Part shown: one piece after another, positions 50,694 through 59,051 of the stretch | Position numbering within the stretch: the first letter of the stretch is position 1 | Layout: each line of letters begins with the position of its first letter | Assembly: GCA_050287085.1 (NCBI GenBank) | Contig: JBNKBE010000002.1 | Span: forward strand, 128,001-192,000 | Source of the DNA: Polyangiaceae bacterium | GTDB lineage: Bacteria; Myxococcota_A; Polyangia; Polyangiales; Polyangiaceae | Reading direction: 5' to 3' | DNA length: 64,000 nt | Notes under the pieces: model-generated | The model's input: only the letters and a program-made list of their open reading frames with translations | What the model was told of the DNA's origin: nothing | Database searches by the model: none | Position numbers and translations under genes: made by a program

Positions 50694-52079
50694 CTAGGCG
50701 AGTGCGGCGAGCTCGGTTACCAGCGCGTCTAGCTGCTGGCGTTCGTGTAGCTCGGTCACCGCGCACAATACCTCGCGTTCTCCCAGGTAGGCGTTCGCCC
50801 TCAACCCGGCTCCGTCCAGTTGGGTATGAAGCGACAGCTCTGCGCGATCCAGTCCGGCGAGCACGTGGCGTTTGGCAAGACGCTCTACTACCTCACGACC
50901 ACTCAGACGATCGTGAGCCCATACGAACTCGTTGAACGTCGCGTCCTCGTCGACGATGGCGCAGTGAGGCAGACGCGCGATTGCCGCCTTGAGGTATTCC
51001 GCCTTGCTAAGACACGCGCTGGCTGTCTGTTTGAAGCCGACCTGCCCCAGCAAGCTGAGGCGAATCGTGAACGCCAGCGCAATCAAGCCCTGATTGGTGC
51101 AGATGTTGCTCGTGGCTCGCTCACGCCGGATGTGCTGTTCGCGCGTTGACAGAGTGAGCACAAACCCAGGCGCCCCCGCTTCGTCCACGGTGCGACCGCA
51201 CACGCGCCCGGGCAGTTGCTGCAGGTACTTTCTCTCATTTCTGCAGGCAAAGAGGCCGAGGTAGGGGCCACCAAAGTTGGTCGTTGAGGCGAGGGCCTGT
51301 CCTTCCCCGGTGGCAATATCGACGCCTTGGTCGCCGGGGGCCTGGGCAACACCGAGTGCGTAGGGCTCGGTCGTGCTGCTGACGACCAGCGCTCCCGTCG
51401 CATGGGCGTTGTCGCACAGCGTTGAGAGGGGACGCAGGGTGCCGCGGAAGGTGGGGTAGCCAACGAGGCAGGCAGCCACTGAGGCGTCGAGCGCTCCATC
51501 AAAAGCCCCCAGATCGCGAACGTCGTCGACGAGCACCACCTCGGCCAGGGCGTCGCCTTCGAGATAGGTGCGAACGACCTGAGCGTAGGCGGGGTGGACG
51601 GATGTCCCGATCAGGATGCGATTGCGTTTGGTCAGGCGCCGGGCCATTTGGGCGCCTTCAGCGAGCGCGCTTGCGCCGTCGTACAAACTTGCGTTGGCCA
51701 GAGGCAGACCCAGAAGCTCGCTGACGAGCGTTTGGAACTCGAAAATGGCCTGCAACGTCCCTTGCGCAACCTCTGGCTGGTATGGAGTGTAGGCCGTGTA
51801 GAACTCGCTTCTGAGCAGCAGCTGACCGACAACGGGTGGAATGTGGTGCTGGTAGGCTCCGGCTCCCAAGAAGCGTGTCATGGCGCTGGCCTCATTGCTC
51901 GAAGCCAACAAGCCCAGCTGTTTCATCAGCCGCGCCTCATCCAAGGCGCTCGGCAGCTTCAGGGGCTCCTTCAGCCGGGCAGCCTCTGGAATGCTATCGA
52001 ATAGCGCATCGAGGTCGGCTGCGCCTATCGTTGCGAGCATCTGCTCGATTTCGGCCGGCGTGTGGGGCAGATAGCGCAC
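50694..52079 (-). CDS. gcvPA: Glycine dehydrogenase (decarboxylating) subunit 1
   Basis: MRYLPHT, FLGAGAY, YTAYTPYQPE, REQHIRRERATSNICTNQ. Confidence 0.96.
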   Translation of the reverse strand: MRYLPHTPAEIEQMLATIGAADLDALFDSIPEAARLKEPLKLPSALDEARLMKQLGLLASSNEASAMTRFLGAGAYQHHIPPVVGQLLLRSEFYTAYTPYQPEVAQGTLQAIFEFQTLVSELLGLPLANASLYDGASALAEGAQMARRLTKRNRILIGTSVHPAYAQVVRTYLEGDALAEVVLVDDVRDLGAFDGALDASVAACLVGYPTFRGTLRPLSTLCDNAHATGALVVSSTTEPYALGVAQAPGDQGVDIATGEGQALASTTNFGGPYLGLFACRNERKYLQQLPGRVCGRTVDEAGAPGFVLTLSTREQHIRRERATSNICTNQGLIALAFTIRLSLLGQVGFKQTASACLSKAEYLKAAIARLPHCAIVDEDATFNEFVWAHDRLSGREVVERLAKRHVLAGLDRAELSLHTQLDGAGLRANAYLGEREVLCAVTELHERQQLDALVTELAALA

Positions 52080-52082
52080 GAC

Positions 52083-52484
52083 TTACTCCGAGGTGTCGAT
52101 CAATTCTTGGTACGCAGCGGGCGTGAGCAACTCGTCCAGCGCCGTGGCGGAGTCCGGCTGAAGCCGAAGCATCCAGCCGGCGTCCCAAGCGTCCTCATTG
52201 ACGGTCTCCGGAGCGTCTTCCAGCGCGCTATTGACGGCGACGACGGTCCCCGCGACTGGGGCGAATAGGTCGCTGAGCGTCTTTACACTCTCAATGGTGC
52301 CGAAGACGTCGCCGGCGGCGACACGGGCGCCCGGTTCGACGTCGTAGGTGACCAGGGTAATGTCCCCTAGTTCCCCCACGGCAAAGGCGGTAATGCCGAC
52401 GATGACCTCGGCGCCGTCGAGCCTGGCCCATTCGTGGTCTTTGCTATATCGCAGATCTGGTCTGACTTCCTTGTTTGCGCTCAT
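52083..52484 (-). CDS. gcvH: Glycine cleavage system H protein
   Basis: YSKDHEW, lipoyl motif ESVKT, GWM. Confidence 0.96.
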   Translation of the reverse strand: MSANKEVRPDLRYSKDHEWARLDGAEVIVGITAFAVGELGDITLVTYDVEPGARVAAGDVFGTIESVKTLSDLFAPVAGTVVAVNSALEDAPETVNEDAWDAGWMLRLQPDSATALDELLTPAAYQELIDTSE

Positions 52485-53548
52485 AGGGGGGTCCTTCGGT
52501 AGAACGGTGTCGCGACGACGGCAGCAGCGACCTTGCGCCCGCGACAATCAACCAGCAGTGGGCAGCCGAGTGCCTTCATCTTTGTTGGAACATAACCGAG
52601 TCCAATGTTCTTGCCCAGGGTCGGCGCAGGTGAGCCGGATGTGCACTTGCCGACCACGGCGCCCTGCTCATCGAGCAGGGGGTAGCCGGCCCGCGCGATC
52701 CCTCTTCCCTGCATCTCGAAGCCCACTAGAACTCGCGTCGGGCCGTTGGCCTTCTGCACCTGCAGTGCTTCGCGACCGAGAAAGTCGTGCCCCCACTTGA
52801 TCGTCCAGCCGATACCACCCTCGAGGGGACTGGTCGATTCGTCGATATCGTTGCCGTAGAGGCAGAGAGCGGCCTCCAGGCGCAGGGTATCGCGGGCGGC
52901 GAGTCCTGCGGGCGTGGCTCCCGCAGCGGTGATGTTATGCCACAGCTCCACAGCTTGGTCGGGAGGGCAGAACACCTCAAAGCCGTCTTCGCCAGTATAC
53001 CCGGTGCGGGCGGCCCGTGCCCCGTCATGGGTGACGATCGAGAAGCGACGTGAGGCCTGCGCCCACGGCAGCAAACGCTGGACCAGCGCGACGGCTTCAG
53101 GGCCTTGGATGGCGAGCAACGCGGTGTCGGCACTCTCGTCGTCGAAGTCGACCGTGTTGGGCAGCCGAGCTTCGAAGTGTGCGGCGATCTTTGCACGATT
53201 GGAAGCGTTGCAGACGATGAGAACCTCTTCCTCACCGAGTCGGTACACGATCAGGTCGTCCAGAATGCCGCCATCTTCACGACACGCGCAGCAATACGCG
53301 CCACGACCAGGCAGGATTGCAGCCACGTCGGCGGTCACGAGCCCTCCTACGAGTTCGGCCGCGCCGGGGCCCCGCACCACGAGCTCACCCATGTGCGAAA
53401 CGTCGAATACTCCGACGGACTCCCGGACCGCCTTATGCTCGCTCACGAGTCCGGCGTACTGAATCGGCATCTCCCAGCCGGCAAAGTCGACCAGGCGGGC
53501 GCCACTGTCTCGGTGCACCGAGTTAAGCGGAGTTGTTTGCAGTCCCAT
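52481..53548 (-). CDS. gcvT: Glycine cleavage system aminomethyltransferase T
   Basis: FAGWEMP, FDVSHMG, RTGYTGEDGFE, ARDTLRLEA. Confidence 0.97.
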   Translation of the reverse strand: MGLQTTPLNSVHRDSGARLVDFAGWEMPIQYAGLVSEHKAVRESVGVFDVSHMGELVVRGPGAAELVGGLVTADVAAILPGRGAYCCACREDGGILDDLIVYRLGEEEVLIVCNASNRAKIAAHFEARLPNTVDFDDESADTALLAIQGPEAVALVQRLLPWAQASRRFSIVTHDGARAARTGYTGEDGFEVFCPPDQAVELWHNITAAGATPAGLAARDTLRLEAALCLYGNDIDESTSPLEGGIGWTIKWGHDFLGREALQVQKANGPTRVLVGFEMQGRGIARAGYPLLDEQGAVVGKCTSGSPAPTLGKNIGLGYVPTKMKALGCPLLVDCRGRKVAAAVVATPFYRRTPL

Positions 53549-53715
53549 GGCGCGTGTGTAGCCCAACCCAGGAGCGGGCTCAATGGTGCACCCGGGCATC
53601 GCGCGTCGGGGCGGGGGGGCGACGACAGAAGTTCGGGCAGGGGGCCGCAACTCGGGGGGCTTGGGGCCCAGGTCCGGCGTGGTCGCGCAATACCTGGGCG
53701 CGCTCGTTTCCCGCG

Positions 53716-55866
53716 TCAGCGGCTGGAGCTGTCGGAGCTAGCGACGTGGATACGTCCATCGTTCTGCGCGACGCTTTGCAGCCACCACGTCGTACGGGCT
53801 GCATTCTGGGGTTGTCCAAGCAGGTAACCCTGTAGGTAGCCGCATTGATGGTGTGCAAGAAACTCCAATTGCTGCTGAGTCTCGACGCCTTCTGCCACAA
53901 CGTCCAAGCAGAGACTTCGACCCAGAGCGATGACCGCCGACGCCAATGTGCTCGAGTTGCTTTCGTCGCCGGCCACTCCCTGCAGGAACGAACGATCGAT
54001 CTTGAGCGCATCGATCGGGAAAGTCTTTAGGTACGCCAGGGACGAATAGCCCGTACCGAAGTCGTCGATAGCAATGCGGACGCCCAACTGTCGCAGCTGC
54101 TCAAAGCTGTCACGCGTTCGCTCGGTGTCACGCATCAGCACCGTTTCGGTGATTTCCAGTTCCAGGTCACGACCACTCAGGTTGTGGTCCACGAGTGAAT
54201 GAGTCACGGAGTCCACGAAACCGGGAGCCTCGAACTGTCTAGCTGAGATATTCACAGCTGCCCGCAGCTTGAAGCGACTGCTCGCGTTCCAAGCTTTTAC
54301 CTGCGCGCAGGCTTGGCGCAGGACCCATTCTCCAAGGGGTACGATGAGTCCCGTCTCTTCGAGAATGCTCATGAAGGCTTGCGGGCGAAGGAGTTGCCCA
54401 GAAGGATGTCGCCAGCGCACTAGGGCTTCCATGGCTACGGGCCTCAGGGTGCGCGCATCGAGCTGTGGCTGGTAGTGAACGATGAAGTCCTCGTTTTCCA
54501 CCGCGTCTCGCAGACAGCTTTCTAGCTCAATTTGCTTGACGGCCTGTGCGTGTAGCTCCTTGCTGAAGAACTGATAGTTATCGCGCCCCGTTTGCTTTGC
54601 GCGGTACATGGCCGAGTCCGCGCACTTGAGTAGGTCGTCAGCATGCTCTCCGTTATGTGGAAACATTGCGATGCCAATGCTCGTAGTGGTCACGACCTCC
54701 CCGCCATTGAGACGAAACGGAGTCGCAAACGAATTGAGCACTCGACCGGCTAGCAGCGTTGCCTCTTCATTTCGGTCCAGGTCTTCCAGCACGATGGCAA
54801 ACTCGTCACCCCCGAGTCGCGCGACCGTGTCAGTTGTGCGCACGCTGCCGAGCAGCCGGGCGGCAACGTGTTGCAGGAGTTGGTCTCCTGCGTCGTGACC
54901 GAGGGTGTCATTGACGAGTTTGAAGCGGTCGAGGTCCAGGAAGAAGACGGCGACCTGAGCATGTTTTCGTTGGGCGCGGGCTATGGCCTGCTGGACTCGT
55001 TCCCCCAGCAGTTTGCGGTTTGCTAGCCCGGTCAGCTGATCGTGGTGTGCTATGTGGGCCAGCCGGTCCTCGGCTCGCTTGCGTTCGATGGCGTGCTGGA
55101 CGGAACGAACTAGAAGATTGGGTTCTAGCTCAGACTGAAGCATGAAGTCTTGCGCCCCTGCTTGCACGGCGGCTACGCTAAGCGAGTCATCATCGGTGTT
55201 GCTGACGGCGATAATCGGCGCCGAGGGTTGGCTGCCTAGCAATCGTGCGATGGTCTCGCTGCTCTCGGTTGGGTCGTCCAGAGAAACGAGAACGACATCA
55301 ACAGGCGAGTGTTCGAGCCGCTCAAGAGCGGCTCCTAGCTGCGGAAGTTGCTCGACCGAGAAGCGTACGCGAGCACTTCGGTGCAGCAGCTGTTCGAGTT
55401 TATGGCCACGGCCGCTGTCGGCGTCGAGCACTACGACCTTGAGTGTCGCCTCCTGATTGCAGAGCGGTCCGCCTGGGGGTCGAATCGAACTGGCGTGTTC
55501 TCCCAATGCGGCTTTCAGTTGCGCCGCCAGGACTTCGGGACGCCAAGGCTTGCGGGCCACGTGGCGGATGCCGAGTGCCGGCAGGTCCAGCCCGCTCAGC
55601 GTGTGGTCTCCGGCGCCCGTTACGAGCATGCAAGTGGGTCCCTGAGCACGTCGTCGCAGTTCCGATACCAGCCGCACGCCGTCCACGTTGGGCATGTGGA
55701 GGTCCGCCGCGAGGACAGCGTAGGGATAGCGTTGGGCGAGCTCGAGGGCTTCTTCGCCGGATTCAGCTACGTCTACAATGAAGCCGCTCTGACGCATTTC
55801 GCGTGCAAAAGACCGGCGGCAGAGGGCATCGTCGTCGACGTATAGGATGCGCTGAGTGGGGAGCAT
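53716..55866 (-). CDS. REC-REC-GGDEF-EAL c-di-GMP signalling protein
   Basis: Two receiver domains; RTTD-x5-GGDEF; EAL; DDFGTGYSS; start set at MLPTQRIL. Confidence 0.93.
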   Translation of the reverse strand: MLPTQRILYVDDDALCRRSFAREMRQSGFIVDVAESGEEALELAQRYPYAVLAADLHMPNVDGVRLVSELRRRAQGPTCMLVTGAGDHTLSGLDLPALGIRHVARKPWRPEVLAAQLKAALGEHASSIRPPGGPLCNQEATLKVVVLDADSGRGHKLEQLLHRSARVRFSVEQLPQLGAALERLEHSPVDVVLVSLDDPTESSETIARLLGSQPSAPIIAVSNTDDDSLSVAAVQAGAQDFMLQSELEPNLLVRSVQHAIERKRAEDRLAHIAHHDQLTGLANRKLLGERVQQAIARAQRKHAQVAVFFLDLDRFKLVNDTLGHDAGDQLLQHVAARLLGSVRTTDTVARLGGDEFAIVLEDLDRNEEATLLAGRVLNSFATPFRLNGGEVVTTTSIGIAMFPHNGEHADDLLKCADSAMYRAKQTGRDNYQFFSKELHAQAVKQIELESCLRDAVENEDFIVHYQPQLDARTLRPVAMEALVRWRHPSGQLLRPQAFMSILEETGLIVPLGEWVLRQACAQVKAWNASSRFKLRAAVNISARQFEAPGFVDSVTHSLVDHNLSGRDLELEITETVLMRDTERTRDSFEQLRQLGVRIAIDDFGTGYSSLAYLKTFPIDALKIDRSFLQGVAGDESNSSTLASAVIALGRSLCLDVVAEGVETQQQLEFLAHHQCGYLQGYLLGQPQNAARTTWWLQSVAQNDGRIHVASSDSSSR

Positions 55867-55906
55867 GGGGGACAATGAGCGTGGTGTGCGACAGACCTCA
55901 GTCGTG

Positions 55907-55934
55907 TTAACGACTCGAAATAGAGGAAACTTGA
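55907..55934 (-). promoter_or_regulatory. Sigma28/FliA-like promoter for the GGDEF-EAL gene
   Basis: Minus strand TCAAGTTT-N12-GTCGTTAA, about 40 nt upstream of ATG 55866. Confidence 0.5.
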
Positions 55935-56152
55935 CCCACCTAAGCGATACCCTCGGGGGAACGAAGCGTGGGGCTCCAGAGTGGGACTGCGCCATGGAAT
56001 TGACGCGCGGCGGAGCTAGCGCCAATGCGGCCTCCCCTGGGTGTTGTTGTCTGTGTGACGGGCGTGGCAGAAGTGGGTGAATGCCTGACAGGAACTCTGG
56101 CTTCCGACGCCGCCGCGATACAGCCGCTGGCCTTGCCGCTTGCGAATAAGGG

Positions 56153-56179
56153 TAAAGCTGCGGACCTCCTCGCCGTTAT
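56153..56179 (+). promoter_or_regulatory. Sigma28/FliA-like promoter for the che operon
   Basis: TAAAGCTG-N11-GCCGTTAT (consensus TAAAGTTT-N11-GCCGATAA), about 45 nt upstream of the cheA ATG. Confidence 0.6.
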
Positions 56180-56223
56180 CGTGGGGACAGGGCAGTGAGG
56201 TAGCTGTCGCAACGAGCGAGCCA

Positions 56224-58518
56224 ATGGTGGACGGAAACGAAGAAATCATCGCCGAGTTTGTCGCCGAGTCACGCGAATCGCTGGAGGACGTCGAGCCAGT
56301 TATCGTGCGGCTTGAGGGATTGGCTGCCGACTCGGACGAGCTGGCGCTGATCTTTCGCTGCTTTCACTCTTTCAAAGGAACGGCTTCATTTGTTGGCCTC
56401 GACGTCACGAGTCGGCTGGCCCACGTCGCTGAGAGCTTGCTCGATCTGATGCGCAAGGGCGTATGCGAGATCAGAAAGCCCCACGTCGACGTCTTGTGCA
56501 AGACGCTGGATGCCTTTCGTCTGATACTCGACGAGATAGAGACGACGCAGAGCGACCTTGGTATGGCGGAAGCGTCGGCGGTCTTGGGCGGGGAGTTGGC
56601 CGAGCTCGTTGCGGAAGCGAAGGGCGAACGTGCTTCGACCGAGGCCGAAGCGACTTCGGAGGAGCCATCGCCAGCAGAATCTCAGACCGTCCAAGGTGAT
56701 GAGCCAGAGGCGGCGATGGAGCCAGCCCCAGAAACTCCACTGTCGGTAGTCGTGCCCTCGACGGACGAACTTCCGGAGGTGGATATGACAGCCGACATTG
56801 ACCCCTTGTCTTTGGCGAACCTAGAGATCGATATCTCCGAGGAATTGCTCACACGATTTGTCGCCGAGAGCGAAGAGCACCTAGCGACGGTCGAAGAGAC
56901 GCTTGTCGCTCTCGAAGCCGAGCAGGCCGACCCGGACCAGGTCGCAGCGGCCTTTCGCGCCGTGCATTCGTTCAAGGGTAACGCGGCCATCTGTGGCTTT
57001 GATGAGATGAGCGAGCTCACTCATCTCGCCGAAACGCTATTTGGTGAGCTGCAGTCGGGAGCGAGGCCCGCGACTCCGCCGGTCATTACGCTTCTGCTCG
57101 AGTTGTTGGATGCGCTCCGAGGTGCGCTAGCCAAGATTCCGGGGGGCGACGGACGGATCGCAGGAGCGGAGACCTGGCGCCAGCGATTCGCGGCTATCGA
57201 GGCGGCGAAAGTTCCGACCCAGCCTCCTTTGCTAGCGGCCAATGATCTTCAGGTCGACGTCGACGAGGAGACCGCTGGAGAGCCCGGAGACGCAGCCGGG
57301 CCAAACCGGCGCCGCGACGGCGCGGAGAAGAAAGCGAGCGGGCGGACTGCCAGCAGCATTCGTGTGGATACGGGCAAGCTGGATGAGCTGATGAACCTCG
57401 TCGGTGAGTTGATCATTGCCGAGACGACGGTCACGAGAAACCCGGATCTTGACGGCTACGAGTTTGAGAACTTCCAGAAGGCCGCCCTGAACCTCAATCG
57501 GATTACGCGCTCGTTGCAAGACATTGCGATGCAGGTTCGCATGATTCCGATTGCGACGACCTTTCGCAAGATGATCCGCCTCGTGCGTGACGTGTCGGCG
57601 AAACAAGGCAAGCATGTAGACTTGACCACCATCGGAGAAGAAACCGAGGTGGACAAGACCGTCGTCGAGTCCATCAGCGACCCGCTTGTTCACATCATCC
57701 GCAATGCGGTCGACCACGGCATCGAGTCCGCCGAGGACCGGAGGCGAGCAGGCAAGAACACACAGGGACATGTGTGGCTTGAAGCGCGCCATCAAGGGGG
57801 AGAGGTTTGGATTACCATCCGTGACGATGGCAAGGGCTTGGACCCGGAGCGATTGCTGAACAAGGCGATCGACCGAAAGATCGCCGACCCAGCTCGCAAG
57901 TACAGTGAGCGAGAGATCTTCGACTTCATCTTCGCCGCCGGCTTTTCTACAGCCGAGAAGGTCACCGATATCTCGGGGCGCGGCGTCGGCATGGACGTCG
58001 TGCGTCGGAACATCGAGGCCGTGGGGGGCAGGGTCGAAGTTTATAGCAAGGTCGGGGAGGGGACGACTTTCAACCTTCGCATTCCTCTGACGCTCGCGAT
58101 CATCGAAGGAATGTTGGTACGCGTAGGGCGCTCGTACTACACCATTCCGCTGCTATCGATTCAGGAATCGGTAAAGGCCGTGTCGAAGGACGTTCTGGTC
58201 ACTTCTGACGGTTATGAAATGCTGCGATTGCGAAATCGTCACTATCCGATCATTCGCTTGCAGCGTGTACACAAGATAGGGACCGGGGTCGAAGACCTGT
58301 ATGCGGGTACTCTGGTGATCGTGGAGTCTGATGAGCGCGTTGCGTGCGTCCTCGTAGACGAAGTTGTCGGACAGTGCCAGACGGTTATTAAGCCGCTGCC
58401 AGACTACCTGAAGCGGGTCAGCGGACTGAGCGGCTGTTCCATTCTGCACAATGGTGAGATTAGTCTGATTTTGGACGTGGCAGGCGTGATTGGAGCCACG
58501 CAGGCAACGGCGGCCTGA
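56224..58518 (+). CDS. cheA: Chemotaxis histidine kinase CheA with two Hpt domains
   Basis: FHSFKG and VHSFKG Hpt motifs, IRVDTGKLDELMNLVGEL, HIIRNAVDHG, SGRGVGMDVV, C-terminal CheW-like domain. Confidence 0.97.
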   Translation: MVDGNEEIIAEFVAESRESLEDVEPVIVRLEGLAADSDELALIFRCFHSFKGTASFVGLDVTSRLAHVAESLLDLMRKGVCEIRKPHVDVLCKTLDAFRLILDEIETTQSDLGMAEASAVLGGELAELVAEAKGERASTEAEATSEEPSPAESQTVQGDEPEAAMEPAPETPLSVVVPSTDELPEVDMTADIDPLSLANLEIDISEELLTRFVAESEEHLATVEETLVALEAEQADPDQVAAAFRAVHSFKGNAAICGFDEMSELTHLAETLFGELQSGARPATPPVITLLLELLDALRGALAKIPGGDGRIAGAETWRQRFAAIEAAKVPTQPPLLAANDLQVDVDEETAGEPGDAAGPNRRRDGAEKKASGRTASSIRVDTGKLDELMNLVGELIIAETTVTRNPDLDGYEFENFQKAALNLNRITRSLQDIAMQVRMIPIATTFRKMIRLVRDVSAKQGKHVDLTTIGEETEVDKTVVESISDPLVHIIRNAVDHGIESAEDRRRAGKNTQGHVWLEARHQGGEVWITIRDDGKGLDPERLLNKAIDRKIADPARKYSEREIFDFIFAAGFSTAEKVTDISGRGVGMDVVRRNIEAVGGRVEVYSKVGEGTTFNLRIPLTLAIIEGMLVRVGRSYYTIPLLSIQESVKAVSKDVLVTSDGYEMLRLRNRHYPIIRLQRVHKIGTGVEDLYAGTLVIVESDERVACVLVDEVVGQCQTVIKPLPDYLKRVSGLSGCSILHNGEISLILDVAGVIGATQATAA

Positions 58519-58529
58519 GGAGTACAGAG

Positions 58530-59036
58530 ATGTCCGAAGAAGAAGAAGATACGAAAGAGCTCGAAGAAGATGGCGCAAAGTACCTGACGTTCGTCATCGG
58601 CGACGTCTCGTACGGGTTGGATCTAGGGACCGTCACGGAGATCATCGGTCTCCAGAACATAACGCCAGTTCCAGATGTTCCGGACTGCGTCCGCGGAGTG
58701 ATAAACTTGCGCGGTAAGGTGATCCCCGTCATGGACGTGCGTGCCCGTTTCAACCTAGAAACCCAGGCCTATCACGATCGAACCTGCATCATTGTCATAG
58801 AAGTCAACGGATCGAGCGTTGGACTGGTCGTGGACGCCGTATCCGAGGTGCTGAGCGTGGCCGACGAGGACATCGAGCCGCCTCCCGCGGTTGGGTTGGG
58901 GCTGGAGAGCCGATGTATCTCGGGACTTGGAAAGGTGGGCGACGAGGTGAAGTTGATCTTGGATGCAGGAATTCTAATTGAAGTGGACGGCGGTGCGCCT
59001 CAGACGGCCCAAGATGCTACAGCTGCGGAAGCGTAG
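58530..59036 (+). CDS. cheW: Chemotaxis coupling protein CheW
   Basis: KYLTF, GVINLRGKVIPV, GLVVDAVSEV. Confidence 0.96.
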   Translation: MSEEEEDTKELEEDGAKYLTFVIGDVSYGLDLGTVTEIIGLQNITPVPDVPDCVRGVINLRGKVIPVMDVRARFNLETQAYHDRTCIIVIEVNGSSVGLVVDAVSEVLSVADEDIEPPPAVGLGLESRCISGLGKVGDEVKLILDAGILIEVDGGAPQTAQDATAAEA

Positions 59037-59051
59037 AGAAGAGACGTTGGA

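Noticed and set aside
53549..53715. Glycine riboswitch upstream of gcvT
   Set aside because: No GGAGA...CCGAAG...CTCTCAGG aptamer core visible on the minus strand.
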